DNA of 64,000 bases from Candidatus Chryseobacterium colombiense (lineage in GTDB: Bacteria > Bacteroidota > Bacteroidia > Flavobacteriales > Weeksellaceae). The notes beneath the pieces are model-generated. The model worked only from the letters and a program-made list of their open reading frames with translations. It was not told the DNA's origin and did no database searches. The position numbers and the translations under genes were made by a program. The stretch lies in the NCBI GenBank assembly GCA_029203185.1, contig CP119310.1, positions 3,626,052 through 3,690,051 on the forward strand, written 5' to 3'. Each line of letters opens with the position of its first letter. The first letter of the stretch is position 1. Shown here piece by piece: positions 9,345 to 17,726 of this stretch.

Positions 9345-9947
9345 TTATATCTCAAGAATGACTTCTTGTTTTTCATGTCTTGTTTTGGGAGTAATGGTCG
9401 GCTGATTGCTGTCTTCTTCAGCTCTTAGACCAATGGTAACCGCAAATAGAGTTTCATACTTTTCATTGTTTAAAATAGTGTCATACTTTTCTGGTTCAAT
9501 TCCTTCCATTGGTGTAGAATCTATTCCCATTTCTGCACATGCTGAAAGGAAGACTCCCAATGAAAGGTAAACCTGATGACCCAGCCATGATTTTATGGCA
9601 GCATTGCCCTTCGGTTTTACAAAATTTTTATAATAATTCACACTTCCTTCAGGAAGATAACCTTCAATCTTATTTTCAAAATCATCAGGGTTTTTCATGA
9701 CCTGAAATACAATTAAATAATTGCTGTCCAAAACTTTTTCCTTGTTCCAGTAAGAGGCTTCTGCCAAAGGTTGCTTTAAATCGGAAAAATTATTTACAAA
9801 AATAAAATTCCATGGCTGACTGTTGATAGAGGAAGGACTTAGCTGTAAAATGTCTTTTAACTGCTGAATTTTTTCTTCACTTATTGTTCCTTGAGGATTA
9901 TACTTTTTCACAGTATATCTCGATTTCATTTTTTCTAAAAAGCTCAT
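9345..9947 (-). CDS. nitroreductase-family NAD(P)H-dependent oxidoreductase
   Basis: 200 aa. RYTVKKYNPQG...LSPSSINSQPWNFIFV is typical of the nitroreductase fold family. Confidence 0.85.
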   Translation of the reverse strand: MSFLEKMKSRYTVKKYNPQGTISEEKIQQLKDILQLSPSSINSQPWNFIFVNNFSDLKQPLAEASYWNKEKVLDSNYLIVFQVMKNPDDFENKIEGYLPEGSVNYYKNFVKPKGNAAIKSWLGHQVYLSLGVFLSACAEMGIDSTPMEGIEPEKYDTILNNEKYETLFAVTIGLRAEEDSNQPTITPKTRHEKQEVILEI

Positions 9948-9974
9948 AATTTTATACTATATTTTTTATAGTTG

Positions 9975-9982
9975 CAAAACTA
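9975..9982 (-). promoter_or_regulatory. -7 box TAGTTTTG for the nitroreductase gene
   Basis: The plus strand reads CAAAACTA. It lies 28 nt upstream of the ATG at 9947. Confidence 0.4.
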
Positions 9983-9994
9983 ATTTAAGTTTAA

Positions 9995-10002
9995 TACATT
10001 TG
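9995..10002 (+). promoter_or_regulatory. -7 box TACATTTG for the HxlR-family regulator
   Basis: Exact TAnnTTTG 30 nt upstream of the ATG at 10032, divergent from the nitroreductase promoter. Confidence 0.4.
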
Positions 10003-10031
10003 CAATAACGGTAAAAAAGGATAGTATAAAA

Positions 10032-10370
10032 ATGTATACAATAGATAATAAAGTATATCCGTGTTGTACAAGTGTTACCATGCGGTTTATTGGAGGAAAA
10101 TGGAAAGCGGTAATTCTGGTCCATCTGAAGAATGGTCCCAAAAGATACAATGAAGTGAGAAAATTGATTCCCACGATTACAGAAAGAACATTAAGCCTAC
10201 AACTGAAGCAATTAGAAGAAGACCATATTATTGATCGAAAGGTTTTTACAGAAAAACCGCCGCTAATGGTAGAATATACATTGACGGATTTTGGGAAAAC
10301 ATTACTTCCTGTTTTGGAAGAAATTACAAAATGGGGAATTGAAGCTTCTGAAAGATTCAAAAAAAAATAA
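10032..10370 (+). CDS. HxlR-family winged-helix transcriptional regulator
   Basis: 112 aa. IGGKWKAVILVHLKNGPKRYNEVRKLIPTITERTLSLQLKQLEEDHII is the HxlR signature. Pairing divergently with a nitroreductase gene is a common arrangement. Confidence 0.9.
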   Translation: MYTIDNKVYPCCTSVTMRFIGGKWKAVILVHLKNGPKRYNEVRKLIPTITERTLSLQLKQLEEDHIIDRKVFTEKPPLMVEYTLTDFGKTLLPVLEEITKWGIEASERFKKK

Positions 10371-10387
10371 TCAAGAAAAAATCCTGA

Positions 10388-10966
10388 TTATTCTGTTATT
10401 TCTGTAGTCGCTTCCTGATTAGGTTTAAAAAAGCTGAAGCTTACGTTTCCGTATTTTCGGGTATCCATTAAATTCGGATGGTCAAATTTCATTCGGCTTT
10501 GATGCTCCACGATCAGTATGCCGTTTTCTTTTAGATATTTATTGTTTAATACTAAAGAAATCAATTCGTGGTATTTTTTTTCTTCCATTTCGAAAGGGGC
10601 GTCAGAAAATACGACCTCAAATGACTTTTTATTTCTAAACTTCTTTAGCCAGTCAAAAACATCCCCTCTCTGAACGTTAACCTGTAAGCTAAATCCTAAT
10701 TCAGAAGCTGTGGAATTCAGAAAGCTGGTGTGTTTGGGATTCATTTCTACAGAAGTAATGTCCTGACATCCTCTGGAAGCAAATTCAAAGGTTATAGAGC
10801 CAATTCCTGCGAATAAATCCAGCACGGAAACCGACTGCATATCATATGTATTTTCCAAAATACTGAATAGCGCCTCTTTTGCAAAATCCGTTGTTGGTCT
10901 TACATCAAAATTTTTCGGAGCGGCTATTTTTTTAGCTTTCCATTTTCCCGAGATGATTCTGTACAT
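10388..10966 (-). CDS. rsmD: 16S rRNA (guanine966-N2)-methyltransferase RsmD
   Basis: MYRIISGKWKAKKI..RPTTDFAKEALFSIL..VLDLFAGIGSITFEFASRG. Start moved to the internal Met (10966), which gives the usual family length. Confidence 0.85.
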   Translation of the reverse strand: MYRIISGKWKAKKIAAPKNFDVRPTTDFAKEALFSILENTYDMQSVSVLDLFAGIGSITFEFASRGCQDITSVEMNPKHTSFLNSTASELGFSLQVNVQRGDVFDWLKKFRNKKSFEVVFSDAPFEMEEKKYHELISLVLNNKYLKENGILIVEHQSRMKFDHPNLMDTRKYGNVSFSFFKPNQEATTEITE

Positions 10967-11038
10967 ATTATGGTAGGTTTTAAGTTGTAGATCGTAGGTA
11001 ACAGGTATACTAAACACATGTTATCTGGTTACTGCAAC

Positions 11039-11755
11039 CTAATTTAAAATAAAATTTTTATTAGGAATATTATCAAAAACGATTTTCAGATTCTTTACAA
11101 ACTTTTGTAATTCTGAAATAAAGGTTTCATTCTCTGTGGTTTCACCGTAGGCAAAAAAGCTGGTTTCATTAATTCCAAAACCTATTTTACTTAAAGTGAA
11201 CATCACAAAATAAAGAAAATCAACTTCTGAATTGACATCCAGATTATTATATAAGATGATTTTTTTATCATCAATAGCAAAAAACTCACACTGATTATGG
11301 TATAGGTTGATGTGAATTTCTTTATTGCTTTTATTATGAATAGCATTTAAAAACTTTTCCCCTGAAAAATTAAAATGAACAGGTATCCCTAGACTCTTTA
11401 TTTTCTGATAAAAATGTTTTGGAAAAGTGTAATAAAACTGAACCTTGAATTTTTTATTGACAGAAAGCATAAGCTCTTCGTTATCCTTATCAACAGGAGC
11501 GTTAAAAGCAATTAAGTCAAATCCTGCATCATGCTCAGAAAATCCTTCCGGCATTAAAGTAAAGTGATTCAAGGCTGAAATTACCTGAATTTCATCAAAT
11601 TTTTGTTTACCCAACACTTCATCCAGTTTATGTGAGATGAAATTTTCCGGAGTTTCTTCGTCTACGAAATAAGATTTTTCTTCCACAATGCTTTTATTTC
11701 TAGCAATTTGGAAGATCAGTCCGTCTTTGGTAAAAAGTAAATTAAGTACGTTCAT
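11039..11755 (-). CDS. DUF3822 family protein
   Basis: 238 aa. Assigned from the conserved Flavobacteriia position next to rsmD and from the size. The call rests on memory, not on a motif. Confidence 0.5.
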   Translation of the reverse strand: MNVLNLLFTKDGLIFQIARNKSIVEEKSYFVDEETPENFISHKLDEVLGKQKFDEIQVISALNHFTLMPEGFSEHDAGFDLIAFNAPVDKDNEELMLSVNKKFKVQFYYTFPKHFYQKIKSLGIPVHFNFSGEKFLNAIHNKSNKEIHINLYHNQCEFFAIDDKKIILYNNLDVNSEVDFLYFVMFTLSKIGFGINETSFFAYGETTENETFISELQKFVKNLKIVFDNIPNKNFILN

Positions 11756-11773
11756 ATTTCAATTCCTGCAAAT

Positions 11774-12268
11774 TTAGTGAAATTCTACCATTACTGCACC
11801 CGATTGATGATGAAGTATTTCCTTATTGTAAAAATCGAGATTGGTCTGACTTTCCAAAGTATCCCAAACCAACTTCTGTAAAATTCCGTCACCAATTCCG
11901 TGTACGATTTCCAGCCTTTTAAGATGATTTTTTCTGCAGAATTCCAGGGTTTCCACCAGTTTTTCCTTTTGAATAAACAATCTTTCAAAACTATCATAAT
12001 CATTAGGATTCTTAACTAAATTATGAAAATGCAGGTCTAACACCAAATGGTTTTTCTGATGTTTTTTAGAAATATTTTTTTTAGGTTCGGCTTTTTTTAT
12101 GATTTCTACCTTTTCATAAAAATCTGAAATTTTCGGAACCAGTTTCTCTTTCTGATATTGATGGGTAAAGCCATATTCATCTTTAAACACTACAATATTT
12201 CCATGAACGGAAGTTATTACTCCGTTTAAATCTTCATCTACCACAGAAACTTTGTCTCCAATCTTCAT
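11774..12268 (-). CDS. Smr/MutS2-C domain protein
   Basis: 164 aa. The C-terminal LDLHFHNL...LEIVHGIGDGILQKLVWDTL matches the Smr domain pattern (LDLHG...HGxG). Confidence 0.7.
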   Translation of the reverse strand: MKIGDKVSVVDEDLNGVITSVHGNIVVFKDEYGFTHQYQKEKLVPKISDFYEKVEIIKKAEPKKNISKKHQKNHLVLDLHFHNLVKNPNDYDSFERLFIQKEKLVETLEFCRKNHLKRLEIVHGIGDGILQKLVWDTLESQTNLDFYNKEILHHQSGAVMVEFH

Positions 12269-12279
12269 TTCTTAATAAT

Positions 12280-12774
12280 TTATTTCGGTCCCAGCTCAAT
12301 GACCTCCAGATCCTTTATTTCTGCACCATCAATCACAAAACGCATCATGGTCCTCATTTTGTGCCAACCTTGCTTACCGCAAGCTCCGGGATTGAGGTGA
12401 AGCAAATTATTTTTTTCATCAAACATCGCCTTCAAAATATGAGAATGTCCGGAAATAAATAAATTCGGTGCTTTTTCAGAAATCTCTTTTTTAGCTAAAG
12501 GAGTATATTTTCCGGGATATCCACCAATATGAATCATCACAATTTCAACTTCTTCACAGAAAAAACGGTTTACTTCAGGAAATTCAGAACGAATTTTAGC
12601 GTTGTCAATATTTCCGTAAACTCCTTTCAAAGGTTTGATTTTCTCAAGCTGTTCAATGACTTCCATACTTCCGAAATCTCCGCCATGCCATATTTCATCA
12701 GAGTGCTGAGCGTATTCTAAAATTCGGTCATCGATATAGGAATGAGAGTCGGATAGTAGTAATATTCTGGTCAT
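12280..12774 (-). CDS. YfcE/MJ0936-family metallophosphoesterase
   Basis: 164 aa with LLLSDSHS, WHGGDFG, GNID and SGHSH metal-ligand motifs. Confidence 0.85.
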   Translation of the reverse strand: MTRILLLSDSHSYIDDRILEYAQHSDEIWHGGDFGSMEVIEQLEKIKPLKGVYGNIDNAKIRSEFPEVNRFFCEEVEIVMIHIGGYPGKYTPLAKKEISEKAPNLFISGHSHILKAMFDEKNNLLHLNPGACGKQGWHKMRTMMRFVIDGAEIKDLEVIELGPK

Positions 12775-12875
12775 TATCTAAGGGTTCTTTCTGAAATCTT
12801 TAGATTCCACTTTCTCTTTTCAGTTAAAAAATTTAAAATGTAATAATCATCATTTTTCATGCTTAAAACTTTTTG

Positions 12876-12883
12876 CAAATATA
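12876..12883 (-). promoter_or_regulatory. -7 box TATATTTG for the minus-strand operon starting at 12774
   Basis: The plus strand reads CAAATATA, about 100 nt upstream of the ATG. Confidence 0.3.
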
Positions 12884-12911
12884 GGGGTTAAATAAAAATC
12901 TTAATATTTAG

Positions 12912-12919
12912 TACATTTG
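12912..12919 (+). promoter_or_regulatory. -7 box TACATTTG for the serine hydrolase gene
   Basis: Exact TAnnTTTG 14 nt upstream of the ATG at 12933. Confidence 0.4.
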
Positions 12920-12932
12920 AAAAAATAAAAAA

Positions 12933-14477
12933 ATGAAGCAGAAACTTTCTCTTTTCCTTTTTCTTTTGACCGTTGGTATTGCCAATGCACAGGTTGAGGA
13001 AAAAAAACTGGATGAATTGGTCCAGAATACGTTAAAAACTTTTGATGTTCCCGGAATGTCTGTAGGAATTATCAAAGACGGGAAATTAATTTATTCAAAA
13101 GGTTTTGGAGTACGCTCATTAACCACAAAACAACCGATGGATGACAATACTTTAGTGGGAATTGCTTCCAATTCAAAAGGTTTTACCTGTACAGCACTGG
13201 CTATTTTAGCGGATGAAGGGAAATTGAACTGGGATGATAAAGTTTCAAAATATATTCCTGAATTTCAAATGTACGATCCGTATGTTTCCCAAAATGTTAC
13301 CATTAAAGATTTGGTGACTCACAGAGCCGGATTAGGTTTAGGACAGGGAGATTTAATGTTTTTTCCGGAAGGAGGAAATTTAACGGTGAATGATATTGTT
13401 CATAATGTAAGGTATTTAAAGCCTGAAAATCCTTTCAGAACCACTCTGGATTATAATAATATCATGTTCATTGTTGCCGGAGAAGTAATTCACAGAGTTT
13501 CAGGGCTGAGTTGGGCAGAATTTATCGAGCAAAGAATTATGAAACCTGTAGGAATGACTTCAAGTTTTGGGAGTTATAACAGAGCAAAAGCAGTTGCCAA
13601 TAAAATTGATGCCCATGCTCCTGTAGACGGAAAAGCTGTTGCAGTTCCTCATGACTGGAATGAAACGGCCAATGCAGCAGGAGGAATTATGAGTAATATT
13701 AAAGATATGACACTTTGGGCTGAATGTTTGTTGAATAATTTCACGACAAAAGACGGAAAGAAATTAGTTTCAGATAAAAATGTTCAACAGCTTTGGAGCT
13801 TACAGATTCCAAGCGGAGTGTCAGCAAAAAATCCGTATGATACAAGCTTTTATGGGTATGGAATGGGCTGGTTTTTAAGTGATGTAAAAGGTCACAAACA
13901 AATCCAGCATACAGGAGGATTGATCGGAACGGTAACTCAGTTTACATTAATTCCGGATATGAAACTGGGAATTGTCGTTTTGACCAATCAACAGTCCGGA
14001 GCAGCTTTCAATACCATTACCAATACGGTTAAAGATTCTTATTTGGGCATTGCAGACAGAAACTGGCTGAAAACTTATGGTGACCGAATGAAAAAAATGG
14101 AAGAAGTTTTTGATAAGCAAAAGAAGGAAGCCTTTGCAAAATCAGAAGCTTTCAGAAAAGATAAAAATCTGCAGCCAAAGCCGGAACAGTTTGTTGGAAC
14201 TTATAATGACCAATGGTTTGGTGATGTAGAAGTTTCTCAACAGGGAAATACATACAGAATTCTGTGTAAAAACTCTCCAAGACTGAAAGGCGAATTATTA
14301 CCTTATTCAAATAATTCTTTTATCATTAAATGGGACGACAGAAGCTATGATGCGGATGCTTATATTATTTTTAATTATGATGAAACAGGAAAAGCTGAGT
14401 CTGCAAGATTAAAGCCGATTTCTGATGTTACGGATTTCAGTTTTGATTTTGATGATTTAGATCTTAAAAGAAAATAA
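12933..14477 (+). CDS. serine hydrolase (class C beta-lactamase/PBP fold) with C-terminal extra domain
   Basis: 514 aa with a signal peptide, an SxxK motif in IASNSKGFT, a YNN-type motif (LDYNNIMF) and an HTGG motif. Confidence 0.8.
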   Translation: MKQKLSLFLFLLTVGIANAQVEEKKLDELVQNTLKTFDVPGMSVGIIKDGKLIYSKGFGVRSLTTKQPMDDNTLVGIASNSKGFTCTALAILADEGKLNWDDKVSKYIPEFQMYDPYVSQNVTIKDLVTHRAGLGLGQGDLMFFPEGGNLTVNDIVHNVRYLKPENPFRTTLDYNNIMFIVAGEVIHRVSGLSWAEFIEQRIMKPVGMTSSFGSYNRAKAVANKIDAHAPVDGKAVAVPHDWNETANAAGGIMSNIKDMTLWAECLLNNFTTKDGKKLVSDKNVQQLWSLQIPSGVSAKNPYDTSFYGYGMGWFLSDVKGHKQIQHTGGLIGTVTQFTLIPDMKLGIVVLTNQQSGAAFNTITNTVKDSYLGIADRNWLKTYGDRMKKMEEVFDKQKKEAFAKSEAFRKDKNLQPKPEQFVGTYNDQWFGDVEVSQQGNTYRILCKNSPRLKGELLPYSNNSFIIKWDDRSYDADAYIIFNYDETGKAESARLKPISDVTDFSFDFDDLDLKRK

Positions 14478-14479
14478 AT

Positions 14480-14511
14480 AAAAAACTCCAACAAGCTGTT
14501 GGAGTTTTTTT
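14480..14511. terminator. bidirectional terminator between convergent genes
   Basis: A-run, then CTCCAAC (14486-14492), loop, GTTGGAG (14498-14504), then a T-run. Confidence 0.65.
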
Positions 14512-14529
14512 ATGCGTATATTATTTTTG

Positions 14530-15006
14530 TTAAATCTTCCCGGGCTCATAAAAAAATAAAAGCTTTTTGTTGGCTCCGTCAAAATCGGCCCAGGAATCAC
14601 AATCTATTTCAAAACCGGCTACACCACAGGTTGGAAAATGAAAAATATCTTCGGAAATTGAATTGGCAAAATTGGAAATTCCGTTATTATGAGAAAAAAA
14701 AGCGACTGAATTATGTTTGTTATCTAAATCATAAATCACCGACTCAAAATTTCTTTCCGACGGATTATACAATTTCTCATCAGTATTAAAATTAAGATTG
14801 TAGGTCTGATTGAAAATCTTACATGTATTTAATGCTCTTACAGCAGGGCTGGAAACAAGATAGTCTATAGATATATTATTGGATTTTAAAAACCTTGACA
14901 TATTCATTGCGTCTTCCAATCCTTTATCAGCCAAAGGTCTGTCAAAATCTTCGGTTTCCTCCGGCCAGTCGCTCTTCGCATGTCTAACGAGTATGATTTT
15001 CTTCAT
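14530..15006 (-). CDS. histidine phosphatase family protein (SixA-like)
   Basis: 158 aa. MKKIILVRHAKSDW contains the RHG-type catalytic motif. Confidence 0.8.
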   Translation of the reverse strand: MKKIILVRHAKSDWPEETEDFDRPLADKGLEDAMNMSRFLKSNNISIDYLVSSPAVRALNTCKIFNQTYNLNFNTDEKLYNPSERNFESVIYDLDNKHNSVAFFSHNNGISNFANSISEDIFHFPTCGVAGFEIDCDSWADFDGANKKLLFFYEPGKI

Positions 15007-15106
15007 AATTTAAGTAGTTTGGGAGAATAAAATTATAAAAAAAATAATGGAATAAAACATGATTTATAAAAAAAACTGTGTGTGGAATAAAATCATTAAA
15101 ATTTAC

Positions 15107-15114
15107 TAAATTTG
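15107..15114 (+). promoter_or_regulatory. -7 box TAAATTTG for ruvX-def
   Basis: Exact TAnnTTTG ending 8 nt before the ATG at 15122, which implies a very short or absent leader. Confidence 0.4.
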
Positions 15115-15121
15115 CAAACTT

Positions 15122-15538
15122 ATGGGACAAATCCTTGCAATAGACTATGGAAAGGCTCGTTGTGGTATTGCTGCAACGGATGATATGCAGATTATTGCGA
15201 GTGGTTTAGATACCGTTCAGACTCCTGTTTTGATTGAATTTTTGAAAAAATATTTTAACGCAAACAGAGTGGATGAAGTGGTAGTCGGACTTCCTGTAGA
15301 TTTGAGAGGAAATATTTCCGAAGTGGAAACAGATATTTTAAAATTCATAGAAGTTTTTCAAAAAGAATTTCCAATGATAAAAGTTAACCGCTTCGATGAA
15401 AGATTTACATCCAAAATGGCTTCGTTTTTTATTTCCCAAAGTGGAAAAAGTAAAAAGCAAAGACAGGAAAAAGGATTAATAGATAAAGTAAGTGCAACCA
15501 TCATATTGCAGAATTTTTTAGAACAAAGAACAAGATGA
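15122..15538 (+). CDS. ruvX: Holliday junction resolvase-like RuvX (YqgF)
   Basis: 138 aa with ILAIDYGKARCGIA and VVVGLP motifs. It overlaps def by ATGA. Confidence 0.9.
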   Translation: MGQILAIDYGKARCGIAATDDMQIIASGLDTVQTPVLIEFLKKYFNANRVDEVVVGLPVDLRGNISEVETDILKFIEVFQKEFPMIKVNRFDERFTSKMASFFISQSGKSKKQRQEKGLIDKVSATIILQNFLEQRTR

Positions 15539-16107
15539 TTTTACCGATAAGAGCCTTTGGGGATCCTGTTTTGAGAAAAGTAGGTAAGGATATAGATAAA
15601 GATTATCCCGAGTTACAAGAGTTGATAGATAACATGTTCGAAACCATGTACAGTGCCAACGGGATTGGTTTGGCTGCACCGCAGATCGGACTGGATATTC
15701 GTTTGTTTGTAATTGACGTTACTCCTTTGGCAGAAGATGAAGATTATGAAGATATTAAGGATGAACTGGCAGAATTCAAAAAAGTTTTTATCAATGCTAA
15801 AATTCTGGAAGAATCCGGCGAAGAATGGAAATTTAATGAAGGATGTCTTTCCATTCCTGATGTTAGAGAAGATGTAAAAAGAAAAAGTACTATTCTTATC
15901 GAATATTATGACGAAAATTTCGTTAAGCATACAGAAACTTTTTCCGATATTAGAGCCCGCGTAATTCAGCATGAGTATGATCATATAGAAGGAACATTGT
16001 TCACCGATCATTTAAGTGCTTTGAAGAAGAAGCTGGTAAAGGGGAAGCTTACAAAAATTACCCAGGGTGATGTAAGTATCAATTATAAAATGAGATTCCC
16101 TAAATAA
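15535..16107 (+). CDS. def: peptide deformylase
   Basis: 190 aa with GIGLAAPQIG, EGCLSIP and HEYDHIEG (the three PDF motifs). Confidence 0.95.
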   Translation: MILPIRAFGDPVLRKVGKDIDKDYPELQELIDNMFETMYSANGIGLAAPQIGLDIRLFVIDVTPLAEDEDYEDIKDELAEFKKVFINAKILEESGEEWKFNEGCLSIPDVREDVKRKSTILIEYYDENFVKHTETFSDIRARVIQHEYDHIEGTLFTDHLSALKKKLVKGKLTKITQGDVSINYKMRFPK

Positions 16108-16183
16108 TTTAAATAAAAACAAAAAGAAATATTAAACAGCAGAAAGCCTTAAGCAGACTGCTATATTCACAAACAATAAAATT

Positions 16184-16744
16184 ATGCTGTTAGAAAAAAT
16201 AATTTCAATCTCTGGAAAACCAGGACTTTTCAAATTAGTTTCTCAATTAAGAAACGGATTCATTATTGAAGATGTTACCACTAAGAAAAAAGTGAGCATC
16301 GGTAACTCTAGCCAGGTAAGTTTGCTAGATAATATCGCCATGTTTACATTTGATAAAGAAGTTCCTTTGTTCGAAGTTTTTGAAAATATTGCTAAAAACT
16401 ACGATTTTAAAGAAGCTATTCCTCACAAATCAAGCGATGCTGAATTGAAGGAATTCATGACGGCTTCTCTTCCGAACTATGATACGGAAAGAGTATATGC
16501 TTCTGATATCAAGAAATTGGCCCAGTGGTATAACATTCTTCATAAAGCAGGATATATCACTCCGGAAAGCTTTGTAAAAGCAGAACCTGAAACTTTAGAC
16601 GGTGAGTCTGCAGAAGAAGTAAGCGTAGAAAAAGAAGCTCCTAAAAAAGCTGCTCCAAAAGCTGAAAAGCCAGCCGCTCCAAAAGTAAAAGCAACTTCAG
16701 CAGCTAAAGCCGCTCCGAAAAGCACACACAGAAAACAAGGATAA
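16184..16744 (+). CDS. DUF5606 domain protein with A/K/P-rich histone-H1-like tail
   Basis: 186 aa in the conserved Flavobacteriia position after def. The tail reads KEAPKKAAPKAEKPAAPKVKATSAAKAAPK. Confidence 0.6.
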   Translation: MLLEKIISISGKPGLFKLVSQLRNGFIIEDVTTKKKVSIGNSSQVSLLDNIAMFTFDKEVPLFEVFENIAKNYDFKEAIPHKSSDAELKEFMTASLPNYDTERVYASDIKKLAQWYNILHKAGYITPESFVKAEPETLDGESAEEVSVEKEAPKKAAPKAEKPAAPKVKATSAAKAAPKSTHRKQG

Positions 16745-16767
16745 TCTAATCTTTGAATCTAAAATAT

Positions 16768-16795
16768 AACCTCGTCTTTTGGACGAGGTTTTTTG
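16768..16795 (+). terminator. rho-independent terminator
   Basis: AACCTCGTC (16768-16776) pairs with GACGAGGTT (16782-16790), followed by TTTTG. Confidence 0.7.
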
Positions 16796-16819
16796 TTTAT
16801 AATAGTTATAACAGTTGTC

Positions 16820-16880
16820 TGTCATTCTAACGAAGGAAGAATCTGTAAAATGTAGAGATTCTTCCTTCGTCAGAATGACA
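16820..16880. repeat. REP-like palindromic element (25-nt arms, 11-nt loop)
   Basis: TGTCATTCTAACGAAGGAAGAATCT (16820-16844) is the reverse complement of AGATTCTTCCTTCGTCAGAATGACA (16856-16880) with one mismatch. Confidence 0.7.
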
Positions 16881-16928
16881 ATAAATAAAATTGTAGTTTA
16901 ATATTTCTCTGCCTAAGTTTTCATTCCT

Positions 16929-16936
16929 TAAATTTG
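16929..16936 (+). promoter_or_regulatory. -7 box TAAATTTG for mazG
   Basis: Exact TAnnTTTG. Its position favours the ATG at 16959 over the TTG at 16944 as the start codon. Confidence 0.4.
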
Positions 16937-16958
16937 TATCACTTTGAATTCTCAAACT

Positions 16959-17726
16959 ATGAATACCAAACAGGAAAAACTGGAAGCTTTCGGAAGATTA
17001 TTGGATATTATGGATGATTTGCGTGAAAAATGTCCGTGGGATCAGAAACAGACCTTACAATCACTTCGCCATTTAACTTTGGAAGAAACGTATGAACTTT
17101 CGGATGCTATTTTACAGGATGATCTGCAGGAGATTAAAAAAGAGCTTGGAGATGTTTTGCTGCATTTGGTTTTTTATGCTAAAATCGGTTCAGAGAAAGA
17201 AAGTTTTGATATTGCAGATGTCATTAATTCATTGAATGAAAAATTGATTTTCCGTCATCCTCATATTTACGGAGATGTGGAAGTGAAGGATGAAGAAGAA
17301 GTAAAACAGAACTGGGAGAAACTGAAACTGAAAGAAGGCAACAAATCTATTTTGGGAGGAGTGCCTAAAAGTCTTCCGAGTTTGGTAAAAGCGTACAGGA
17401 TTCAGGATAAGGTAAAAGGAATAGGTTTTGAATTTCACGATGCGGAAGATGCCTGGAAAAAAGTGGACGAAGAAATTCAGGAGTTTCATGAGGAAACAGA
17501 TCCTGATAAAAAAGAGCAGGAATTGGGAGATGTATTTTTCTCCTTGATCAATTATGCAAGAATTTCCGGCATCAATCCGGACTCTGCATTGGAAAGAACC
17601 AATTTAAAATTCATTTCTAGATTTCAGAAAATGGAAATCTTAGCTGCAGAAGAAGGCTTAAAACTTGCGGATATGACATTGGAAGAAATGGATGTTCTAT
17701 GGGAAAAAGCTAAACTTTTGCAATAG
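16959..17726 (+). CDS. mazG: nucleoside triphosphate pyrophosphohydrolase MazG
   Basis: Tandem MazG domains: CPWDQKQTLQSLRHLTLEETYELSDAI, ELGDVLLHL and a second ELGDVFFSL. Confidence 0.9.
   Translation: MNTKQEKLEAFGRLLDIMDDLREKCPWDQKQTLQSLRHLTLEETYELSDAILQDDLQEIKKELGDVLLHLVFYAKIGSEKESFDIADVINSLNEKLIFRHPHIYGDVEVKDEEEVKQNWEKLKLKEGNKSILGGVPKSLPSLVKAYRIQDKVKGIGFEFHDAEDAWKKVDEEIQEFHEETDPDKKEQELGDVFFSLINYARISGINPDSALERTNLKFISRFQKMEILAAEEGLKLADMTLEEMDVLWEKAKLLQ

Noticed and set aside
9972-10005. Inverted repeat TTGCAAA-N20-TTTGCAA as a candidate HxlR operator
   Set aside because: The two arms coincide with the divergent -7 boxes (TAGTTTTG and TACATTTG, each followed by CAA). Promoter architecture therefore explains the symmetry. 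An operator role cannot be excluded, but nothing else supports it.
9980-10360. 126-aa ORF antisense to the HxlR-family regulator
   Set aside because: It overlaps almost exactly a gene with a textbook HxlR signature, and the antisense translation has no motif.
14499-14789. 96-aa plus-strand ORF overlapping the histidine phosphatase gene
   Set aside because: It begins inside the bidirectional terminator, is antisense to a gene with the RHA catalytic motif, and has a K/R/N-rich nonsense-like composition.
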